Origin: Candidatus Saccharimonadota bacterium
Lineage (GTDB): Bacteria > Patescibacteriota > Gracilibacteria > UBA4473
Assembly: GCA_963677105.1 (NCBI GenBank)
Contig: OY781871.1
Span: 450,001 to 482,000 of the forward strand
DNA length: 32,000 bases
Direction of reading: 5' to 3'
The translations under genes and the position numbers were made by a program. Below, piece by piece: positions 18,462 to 25,145 of the stretch. Position 1 is the first letter of the stretch, and each line of letters opens with the position of its first letter. The notes beneath the pieces were generated by a model, which searched no databases, was not told where the DNA came from, and saw only the letters and a program-made list of their open reading frames with translations.

Positions 18462-18483
18462 TTCTATCAGAGTTCTGATAGAA
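18462..18483. promoter_or_regulatory. Perfect 9-bp inverted repeat (TTCTATCAG-agtt-CTGATAGAA) 5 nt upstream of the murE ATG
   Basis: The repeat is read directly from the sequence. On the murE strand it is followed by TTTTC-ATG. Function unknown (operator or leader hairpin). Confidence 0.5.
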
Positions 18484-18529
18484 ACGTAAACAAGATGCTC
18501 TATATTTCTCCTAAATCTCGAAAGAGTTA

Positions 18530-18557
18530 TTGACTTTTTTATCGAGAACCATACACT
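18530..18557 (+). promoter_or_regulatory. Candidate promoter for tRNA-Tyr
   Basis: TTGACT (18530-18535), 16-nt spacer, TACACT (18552-18557). Confidence 0.3.
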
Positions 18558-18594
18558 CTCCTCGTTCTTTTGAGGAAACTTGAAACAGCGTCAT

Positions 18595-18679
18595 GGGTCG
18601 ATGGCGGAGTGGTCAATCGCAGCAGACTGTAAATCTGCCGACTTAGTCTACGATGGTTCGAATCCATCTCGGCCCACCA
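18595..18679 (+). tRNA. tRNA-Tyr (anticodon GTA), long variable arm, CCA encoded
   Basis: Acceptor GGGTCGA/TCGGCCC. Anticodon arm GCAGA-CTGTAAA-TCTGC. Long variable arm CGACTTAGTCTAC. T-arm GATGG-TTCGAAT-CCATC. Confidence 0.9.
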
Positions 18680-18687
18680 GATAAAAA

Positions 18688-18718
18688 TCAAAAACATCTC
18701 TTTATGGGGTGTTTTTTA
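18688..18718. terminator. Weak bidirectional hairpin terminator after tRNA-Tyr and the convergent VirB4N-like gene
   Basis: aaaACATC ... GGTGTttttt: 5 bp including one G-U pair, extended by A-T pairs, with a T-run. Confidence 0.35.
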
Positions 18719-18815
18719 TTTCGCGAAGTGAAAAACATGTGGTTCTATGCTGAGTCCGCAAAGCGAATGAAACGTGCGAAGCAATCCATTTCCTCTGCCC
18801 ATTCCTCTTGTGATT

Positions 18816-19550
18816 CTACTTCTCTTCTGAAATTAAGTTATCTGATGGAGACTCTCCAATTGACATTTTCTCTGATTCTGAAAACTTCTGTGTCCGAGCA
18901 AGCCCTGGATTATATGCTTGATAAAAAAGCTGAATAATCTGTTCTGTCGTCAACATTGTCACACCAAGTCCGCAATTCTCAAGCGCCGTTTTAACGGTAT
19001 TTACTCGTGCCGCCAACTCTTTCTTCAATCCTTTGAACTCACGTTTTCGTGTCATTATGTTCGCAACAGTATCTTCTGGTTGAATATAATCAAGAAAACT
19101 CGCCCAAACAGATTTATTCTGTGCTCGTTGTGGTTCAAGCGGAACAACTACGAAAAATTTCTTTTCCATAATGTCAGAAAACTCTACTAATTTTTGAATG
19201 AAATCGATGTATCCAGACATTTGCTCACGAAGTAAATCGTTTTCAATTTCGTTCTGACGTGTTTTGAGTTTTGAAATATAGGCATCAATATCTAGTTTTC
19301 GTGACCGTACTTGAATTTGTACTGGAAAATTTAAAGCATTTAAAAATCCTTGATAACTAGAAATAAGTGCACTTTGTTCTGCTTCGGATTTCAAATTAAA
19401 ATTTACCGATTGAACTTCTAAAACAGCCCTCAATCCTCCGTTTTTTAACACAAGCGTGTCATCATGTACTTCAGAGAACTGAAGATATCGCTGCGTGGAA
19501 ACCAGCTGATTTTGAGACCCCTGACGAACGGATGATTTTTGTTTTTTCAT
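18816..19550 (-). CDS. VirB4/TrbE/PrgJ-like N-terminal domain only; no ATPase domain (possible truncated T4SS remnant)
   Basis: LVLKNGGLRAVLEVQSVNFNLKSEAEQSALISSYQGFLNALNFPVQIQVRSRKLDIDAYI...FFVVVP matches, from memory, the N-terminal region of Gram-positive/CPR VirB4-like proteins. No Walker A motif. The ORF ends at TAG 18816, 137 nt from tRNA-Tyr. Confidence 0.45.
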   Translation of the reverse strand: MKKQKSSVRQGSQNQLVSTQRYLQFSEVHDDTLVLKNGGLRAVLEVQSVNFNLKSEAEQSALISSYQGFLNALNFPVQIQVRSRKLDIDAYISKLKTRQNEIENDLLREQMSGYIDFIQKLVEFSDIMEKKFFVVVPLEPQRAQNKSVWASFLDYIQPEDTVANIMTRKREFKGLKKELAARVNTVKTALENCGLGVTMLTTEQIIQLFYQAYNPGLARTQKFSESEKMSIGESPSDNLISEEK

Positions 19551-19553
19551 TTT

Positions 19554-20003
19554 TTATTGGGCTTCTGGAACACCTTCACTATCTAATAATTTTGCTAACG
19601 AGCGAACTTTTTCAGAAGAAAATTCTTCTTGATGCGTATCCATTTCTGGCTGTTTTTTGACTGTTTTCATTGAAAACGGAGTTGTCATTGAAACAAATGG
19701 TTCTCCCGCATGTTTCATCCAACGACGACGTGACTGTCGAAAAACAACCTGTTCTATTTGTAATAATACAAACTTAAACAAAGAAATTCCATGAATTTTT
19801 AAAAATGCGATTGTTGCAGACAGAGCGGCTGGAATCCAGCACAAAATAATTTCTATTTGATGTAATTCGTATTGCTTTGAAAGAGAATTGGAAAGCGTAT
19901 ATGAAATTCCAAACCCAAGAATTAGAACAATAACTTGACGCAAAGTAAGGAACCAGAGGATCTGGTCTTCTCTTTGCACGTCTTGTGGAACTTTAAATCT
20001 CAT
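19554..20003 (-). CDS. PrgI-family (VirB3-like) small membrane protein of type IV secretion systems
   Basis: N-terminus MRFKVPQDVQREDQILWFLTLRQVIVLILGFGISY fits the PrgI-family pattern, with two predicted TM helices. It lies directly upstream of the VirB4N-like gene with a 3-nt gap. Confidence 0.5.
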   Translation of the reverse strand: MRFKVPQDVQREDQILWFLTLRQVIVLILGFGISYTLSNSLSKQYELHQIEIILCWIPAALSATIAFLKIHGISLFKFVLLQIEQVVFRQSRRRWMKHAGEPFVSMTTPFSMKTVKKQPEMDTHQEEFSSEKVRSLAKLLDSEGVPEAQ

Positions 20004-20009
20004 CGAATA

Positions 20010-20038
20010 ATTATATCACAATGTTTGAAAAAAAACAA
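20010..20038 (-). promoter_or_regulatory. Extended -10 promoter giving a leaderless prgI-like mRNA
   Basis: Minus strand reads TTGTTT (20038-20033), a 17-nt spacer ending in TGa, then TATAAT (20015-20010), 6 nt (tattcg), then ATG at 20003. Confidence 0.5.
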
Positions 20039-20082
20039 CCCTGATGCTACACTCTGAGCGAGTTTTTTGTATCCATAAAATT

Positions 20083-21588
20083 ATGTGCGAGGAAAATCAT
20101 TTGATTGCAGAGCGTCGAGCGAAAATTGCTGAGTGGGAAAAGGCTGGATTTCCAGCGTATGCACAGAAGTTTGATCGCACGCACACTGCGCAGGAAGCAC
20201 GAGAATTTTGCGAAGAAACAACGCTCCGAGAAGTTCCTGAGATTGTTGAAAACCCAAATATTCAGGCAAAAATATGTGGTCGAATTATGAATTTTCGATC
20301 AATGGGAAAATTAGCTTTTTTAAAAATACGAGATGTTTCTGGAGATTTTCAAGTTTGTTTGATGAAAAATCTACTGGGAGAAGATTTTAAAAAGTTTGAA
20401 AAATTATTAGATCTGGGTGATTTTTGTGGATTTGAAGGAGAATTTTTTCTCACAAAACACGGAGAGCCAACATTACTTTCAACGGAAGTAACACCTTTGG
20501 CAAAAACATTACGACCACTTCCTGAAAAATTTCACGGACTTGCGAATCGGGAAGGCTGTTATCGTCAAAGATATCTTGATTTGTTAACGAACGATGAAAC
20601 GTTTCGTCGATTTCAAATTCGGTCTGAGGTTATCCGATTAATTCGTGAATTTTTACATAAAAAACAGTTTACTGAAGTTGAAACACGAACACTTCAAGCT
20701 CAAGCTGGAGGCGCTATGGCAAAAGTATTTGAAACACATCATAACGCACTAGATCATGAATTTGTGTTACGAATCTCTCTTGAGCTAGAACACAAAATGC
20801 TTCTTGCCGGACGATTCGAGCGAGTATTCGAGATTGGAAAATGTTTCCGAAATGAAGGAATCGATCCAAGTCATCTGCAGGAATTTACGCTTCTTGAATG
20901 GTATGCAGCATATGCAGACATTACAGATAATATGAATTGGACTCAGGCGATGATTCAATCAATTATTCCTAAAGTATTGGGAGATTCTAAATGTATGGTT
21001 TTGGATAAAAGCGAAAAAAAGGTAGAAATCGATTGGAACGGAAAATGGCCACGAGTGAAGTTTTCTGATTTACTAAAAAAATACGCCAAGATTGATATGC
21101 AAACTATTTCGCTTAAAGAATTGCGTGAATATGCGATAAAAAAATGTGATTTACCGACCGAAGAAGCAATGAAAATGGGGCGAGGGAATCTCCTAGATCA
21201 CGTGTATAAAAAGACGGCTCGTCCATCGTTAATTCAACCAACATTTGTTGTGGATTGGCCAACCGAATTGAAACCTCTTGCTCGACCAAATGACGATGGA
21301 ACAAGTGATGTATATCAATTGCTTGTCGCTGGATGGGAAATTGTAAATTCTTACGGAGAACTTATTGACCCACGTGTTCAAAGAAAACTCCTTGAAGATC
21401 AATCTGCTGCCAAAAGTGCGGGAGATGAAGAAGCAATGGAAGTGGACGAAGAATTTCTTACTGCAATGGAACATGGCCTTCCACCGATGACTGGATTTGG
21501 AATGGGAATTGATAGATTTGTTGCGCTCATCACGGGACAACCAAATCTCCGAGATGTAGTTTTACATCCACTTCTTCGTCCCGAATAA
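20083..21588 (+). CDS. lysS: Lysyl-tRNA synthetase, class II
   Basis: Class II motifs FRNEGIDPSHLQEFTLLEWY and GFGMGIDRFVALITG, with an OB-fold N-domain. ATG 20083 (MCEENHLIAERRAKI...) fits the usual LysRS N-terminus better than ATG 20044, but the start is uncertain. Confidence 0.9.
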   Translation: MCEENHLIAERRAKIAEWEKAGFPAYAQKFDRTHTAQEAREFCEETTLREVPEIVENPNIQAKICGRIMNFRSMGKLAFLKIRDVSGDFQVCLMKNLLGEDFKKFEKLLDLGDFCGFEGEFFLTKHGEPTLLSTEVTPLAKTLRPLPEKFHGLANREGCYRQRYLDLLTNDETFRRFQIRSEVIRLIREFLHKKQFTEVETRTLQAQAGGAMAKVFETHHNALDHEFVLRISLELEHKMLLAGRFERVFEIGKCFRNEGIDPSHLQEFTLLEWYAAYADITDNMNWTQAMIQSIIPKVLGDSKCMVLDKSEKKVEIDWNGKWPRVKFSDLLKKYAKIDMQTISLKELREYAIKKCDLPTEEAMKMGRGNLLDHVYKKTARPSLIQPTFVVDWPTELKPLARPNDDGTSDVYQLLVAGWEIVNSYGELIDPRVQRKLLEDQSAAKSAGDEEAMEVDEEFLTAMEHGLPPMTGFGMGIDRFVALITGQPNLRDVVLHPLLRPE

Positions 21589-21617
21589 AATTTTCTACGA
21601 AATATATCACTCTTTGT

Positions 21618-21646
21618 TGCAAGGGAAATAAGCTTGCATTTATTTT
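21618..21646 (+). terminator. Candidate lysS terminator
   Basis: TGCAAG (21618-21623) pairs with CTTGCA (21633-21638) around a 9-nt loop, followed by TTTATTTT. Confidence 0.4.
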
Positions 21647-21701
21647 GTGAAAGGATTATGAAAAAAAAACCAGCGGAGCGCCCTCTTTTCCCTTTAACGA
21701 C

Positions 21702-22229
21702 ATGGCTTCTCCTATTTCGGCGTCGAAAAATTTTGAATTCGTTGTTCGCAGAACGTTCTGGTTTCCTATGATAAAAATAATTTTGTGGAACTTTTTTGTA
21801 GAAGGACTGAATCAAATTGTTTTGCTCGGTGGAAAATGGCTCGAAGTACCGCTCCCTGAAACTCGCATCCACATATTTTTTCATCTTATGGGACTAATTG
21901 GAACTATTTGGATCTTTCTCAACTGGAACGCAATTCGATACACGCTCACAAACACGCAAATTATATTAGATCACGGAATTTTAAATATCGATCGAAACAC
22001 ATTTTTATTTCGAAATATCGAATGTGTAAAATTACACAAAAGTCTTATCGGACGAATTCTTTCTTTTGGAACCATTGAAATGTATTCTCCAACACTTCAG
22101 GAACATTTGTTTCTGCGAAATGTAGGAAAAGCAAAAAAATATGCAAAACTTATTCAAAAAAGTATTTCTCAACAACAACGTGCTAATGTTATTTATCCAA
22201 TGCGGGAGGCGGTCATGAATGCCACGTAA
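21702..22229 (+). CDS. Membrane protein with bacterial PH domain (bPH_2/YdbS-like)
   Basis: Two TM helices followed by YTLTNTQIILDHGILNIDRNTFLFRNIECVKLHKSLIGRILSFGTIEM, the typical bPH_2 pattern. Confidence 0.6.
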   Translation: MASPISASKNFEFVVRRTFWFPMIKIILWNFFVEGLNQIVLLGGKWLEVPLPETRIHIFFHLMGLIGTIWIFLNWNAIRYTLTNTQIILDHGILNIDRNTFLFRNIECVKLHKSLIGRILSFGTIEMYSPTLQEHLFLRNVGKAKKYAKLIQKSISQQQRANVIYPMREAVMNAT

Positions 22230-22231
22230 AA

Positions 22232-23740
22232 TCAATGCAAAAATGCTCGAGTTCCCGTAAGTACCATCGAAATATTTAATTCATCTGCTTTTGCGAAAAC
22301 TTCCTCATCACGAATAGAACCTCCTGGCTGAATAATTGCGGCCACTTTTGCTGCCCCTGCAATTTCAATTCCATCTGCAAATGGGAAAAATGCATCACTC
22401 GCAATAACGGCTCCTTCTGCTTTTTCTCCTGCATTTTCAATCGCAATTTTCATCGCTTCTACACGAGAAGTTTGTCCTCCGCCTTTCCCAATCATTGCCC
22501 CATCTTTTACTACCACAATTGCATTCGATTTTACTATTTTTACAATTTCCCATGCTGTGAGCATATCTTTTAATTGGTTTTCTGTTGGCTTATTTTCTCC
22601 TACAAATTCAACATTTTTCTCGTCAATCGTATGAATGTCCAAGTCTTGAACAAGCGTTCCTCCTCGAACTCGACGAAGCGCAATATCTTCTGATTTTTCA
22701 TGAAAATTTGGTACACGTAATACTCGAAGATTTTTCTTTGTTTTCAAGAGTTTCAGAGCATCATCATCAAAATCTGGTGCAATAACTACTTCGTTGAAAA
22801 ATGAAATAATATTTTCAGCCACAGCTTTACTTACTTTTTTATTAATCGCAATAATTCCCCCAAAAGCAGATGTTTGATCTCCGTTTCCCCAACTTCGATT
22901 CCACGCATCTTCAATCGTTTCTCCTGTTGCCGCACAACACGGAGTTGCGTGTTTTATGATACAAACAAACGGTTTTTCAAAAGAAATTGCTAACTCAAGC
23001 GCTCCAGTTGCGTCCTGATAATTGTTGTACGACATTGGTTTTCCGTTCAGCAATTCTGCATCAACAAGATTTACTCCATTTGAAAATGGATCGCGAAGTA
23101 ATACTGCGGGCTGATGTGGATTTTCTCCATAACGAAGTCCTCCTATGGGTGTTTTTTTTGCGCCTTCTGACCAAAATTTTGCAATCAATAAATCGTAATG
23201 TGCTGTCATTTCAAATACTTTCGTTGCTAAGTCTTTTCGTGTTTTGAGAGAAATTCCTCCCGCTGTTTTTAATTCCTCAATAATGTTTTCATAATCCGAA
23301 GGATCAACTATCGGTGCACAAAATTCATAATTTTTTGCAGCGGCACGAATCATCGACGGTCCACCAATATCAATTTGTTCTACTTTGTCTTCAAATGTTT
23401 TCTCTGGATCCATGTATGCATTTTTAAATGGATACAAATTCACAATCACAAGATCTACATTGTCGATATTATTCTCCTTGCAAAAGTTCTGATGTTCTGC
23501 GTTATTTCGCAAACTCAAAATTCCACCAAAAATCTGTGGAGTCAGTGTTTTAATTCGTCCTTCAAGCCCTTCTGGGAACCCGGTAAAATCCGCCACTTCG
23601 ATCATATTTTTCACTCCTGCTTCTTTCAGTGCACGAAATGTTCCACCAGTAGAAATAATGCGATAATCGAGCTTTTCTAATTCAAGAGCAAATTCAGCAA
23701 TACCTGATTTATCTGAAACGGAAATAAGTGCGTTTTTCAT
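22232..23740 (-). CDS. purH: Bifunctional AICAR transformylase / IMP cyclohydrolase
   Basis: MGS-like N-terminus ALISVSDKSGIAEFALEL...STGGT. C-terminus ends GGSIRDEEV...TGTRAFLH. The start is set at ATG 23740 (MKNALISVSDK); the 39-codon upstream extension was rejected. Confidence 0.9.
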   Translation of the reverse strand: MKNALISVSDKSGIAEFALELEKLDYRIISTGGTFRALKEAGVKNMIEVADFTGFPEGLEGRIKTLTPQIFGGILSLRNNAEHQNFCKENNIDNVDLVIVNLYPFKNAYMDPEKTFEDKVEQIDIGGPSMIRAAAKNYEFCAPIVDPSDYENIIEELKTAGGISLKTRKDLATKVFEMTAHYDLLIAKFWSEGAKKTPIGGLRYGENPHQPAVLLRDPFSNGVNLVDAELLNGKPMSYNNYQDATGALELAISFEKPFVCIIKHATPCCAATGETIEDAWNRSWGNGDQTSAFGGIIAINKKVSKAVAENIISFFNEVVIAPDFDDDALKLLKTKKNLRVLRVPNFHEKSEDIALRRVRGGTLVQDLDIHTIDEKNVEFVGENKPTENQLKDMLTAWEIVKIVKSNAIVVVKDGAMIGKGGGQTSRVEAMKIAIENAGEKAEGAVIASDAFFPFADGIEIAGAAKVAAIIQPGGSIRDEEVFAKADELNISMVLTGTRAFLH

Positions 23741-23884
23741 AAGAGAAGTTTTATAAATTCGCCGCGAGTGTACTTTTTTTGGCGAACTTTTCCAGTAAAA
23801 TTTAAACAACGGAAAAGAGCTCTGTGTGTAAACACCGAGCCCATTTCTTTTAAACAATCAATATCAACCAGTCGAGGGAATTGC

Positions 23885-24376
23885 CTAACCGATCTCCTCG
23901 AGCAGAATTTCCGTTTCTCGCTGGAGTGATTCCAACGAATCACTTCCGTGCATTCCATTGAGCCCGATGTCCCAATTGAAATACTTCTTCCCTTGTGCGC
24001 GAATTGTGAGAGTTCCCAATGGAAGTCCTAACTTCTCGCACCATTCATCAGGGATTGCACCAGCTTTATCTGGGTTTGTTGCACCCATGATAACGCGTAG
24101 AACTTTCCATGCAGGGAGTTCGTCCTCTCTTTTTAAGGAAATCAACAATAGATCTGGTGTCATCATATTATCAATGATTTCCTGAAAGATTTCCGGAGAA
24201 ACTTCCTGTTCTTTATGTGCATACCACTTTTTAGCCCCTTCTTCACTAAAAGTGATAGCGGACTCTGTGCTAATTTTGAACTTTCCAATCGTCAATAGTT
24301 GTTCCTTTACGAACTTCTCTTGCTCAGGATCTCCGGCCGTGTTTTTTTTCAAGATTGTAAAATTTACGTCAGGCAT
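23885..24376 (-). CDS. ndk: Divergent nucleoside diphosphate kinase-like protein
   Basis: NGMHGSDSLES (catalytic His motif N.xHGSDS), MGATNP and TIR. The N-terminal region is atypical (NFTILKKNTAG instead of TFxxIKPD), and there is an insertion before TIR. Confidence 0.55.
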   Translation of the reverse strand: MPDVNFTILKKNTAGDPEQEKFVKEQLLTIGKFKISTESAITFSEEGAKKWYAHKEQEVSPEIFQEIIDNMMTPDLLLISLKREDELPAWKVLRVIMGATNPDKAGAIPDEWCEKLGLPLGTLTIRAQGKKYFNWDIGLNGMHGSDSLESLQRETEILLEEIG

Positions 24377-24525
24377 TTCTTACCCCTTTTCTTTCTTTTC
24401 TCTGCCAAATTTGGACAGGAAGCTCTCCGCAAATACGAAGAATTTCCTGCCCAATTAAATATTGATTGTTTGAAAGATCAATCGCTTACATGATTCAAAA
24501 ACATGAATCTATGAAAGACGGCGTA

Positions 24526-24554
24526 CTTTTAACGTAAAATGCAAAAAATGTCAA
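24526..24554 (-). promoter_or_regulatory. Candidate promoter upstream of ndk-purH
   Basis: Minus strand reads TTGACA (24554-24549), 17-nt spacer, TAAAAG (24531-24526). This implies a leader of roughly 140 nt. Confidence 0.4.
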
Positions 24555-24620
24555 TCAAAGAATTTATATATGAAGAAGTCCCAGATAGCCATTACTGATT
24601 ATTTGGGACTTATTTCTTTT

Positions 24621-25070
24621 TTATTCCGATTCTGAAAAAATGAGAAAACACTCTATGTGTTCTTTATTTAGAACTTCTACTTCTCCCTGTAAAAGCTTCC
24701 AACAACTGTCGTTGAAATTCTCGAACCCTTCCTCCCATGAAGAAAGCAAGATTAGTATACAAGGAACCGGCTTCTTAATTGATAATAATTCCGGTGGAAA
24801 TTGATCCTTATTCCCGTGTTCGTTTGGAACCAATTTTATTTTATTAAATCTAAATTCGCCAAAAAATTGGTTTTTTCGAAATTTATCAAGAAGCACATCA
24901 ATGTCTGTTTGAGAGACAATGAATAATGTTGCAACTTGACTTTTGATTAATGCTTTTGCCAAAGTATTCCTCCTTTTCTTCCGTTTATTAATATATTTCG
25001 CAATCTGAAATAAAAAAGATCTCGCCAAGATGGAATCAAAAAATTCTTGATCCATTTTAGACGACTGCAT
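24621..25070 (-). CDS. Hypothetical protein (149 aa; start may be ATG 25055)
   Basis: ATG ORF with TTGACA (25096-25091) just upstream and an 8-bp hairpin (24567-24601) downstream. It has a basic KRKKRR patch. No recognisable domain. Confidence 0.45.
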   Translation of the reverse strand: MQSSKMDQEFFDSILARSFLFQIAKYINKRKKRRNTLAKALIKSQVATLFIVSQTDIDVLLDKFRKNQFFGEFRFNKIKLVPNEHGNKDQFPPELLSIKKPVPCILILLSSWEEGFENFNDSCWKLLQGEVEVLNKEHIECFLIFSESE

Positions 25071-25111
25071 TTTTCATGTATCTTAAAAAATGTCAACATA
25101 TCAATTAATCC

Positions 25112-25140
25112 TAAAAAAATCCCCGCGCAAAGCACGGGGC
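25112..25140 (-). terminator. Rho-independent terminator of the 224-aa gene
   Basis: Minus strand reads CCCCGTGC-ttt-GCGCGGGG (8 bp including one G-U pair) followed by ATTTTTTT, 6 nt after the stop at 25146. Confidence 0.7.
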
Positions 25141-25145
25141 GGTAT

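Noticed and set aside
21399-21884. 161-aa minus-strand ORF spanning the lysS 3' end and the PH-domain gene 5' end
   Set aside because: It overlaps two well-supported plus-strand genes and the intergenic terminator. No motifs are present. It is a typical spurious long ORF in AT-rich DNA.
22229-22232. Convergent PH-domain gene and purH separated by only 2 nt with no terminator
   Set aside because: The observation is real, but tight convergent packing is common in compact genomes. No structure or motif suggests a specific function.
23741-23857. 39-codon N-terminal extension of purH (a similar 27-codon extension of pepA at 13524-13604 and a 30-codon extension of rmuC at 25960-26049)
   Set aside because: The conserved N-termini (MKNALISVSDK, MKIRATTKF, MDTTMYILGG-TM) start at internal ATGs. 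The extensions translate intergenic or promoter sequence.
24413-24452. SRP (4.5S) RNA-like hairpin
   Set aside because: This is a stem with internal loops, but it lacks the conserved GGAA tetraloop and the AGCA/GGAAG domain IV motifs. It lies within the probable ndk leader.
23741-24556. ZTP (pfl), purine or ykkC-family riboswitch upstream of purH or ndk
   Set aside because: I looked for the conserved cores as I remember them: GACUGGCG...CCGCCUGGGC for ZTP, the purine three-way junction, and GGUCCGAGAG/GGGA for ykkC. Only a fragment (GACTGG at about 23866-23871 on the minus strand) is present, and there is no CCUGGGC element. An Rfam scan is needed to be sure.
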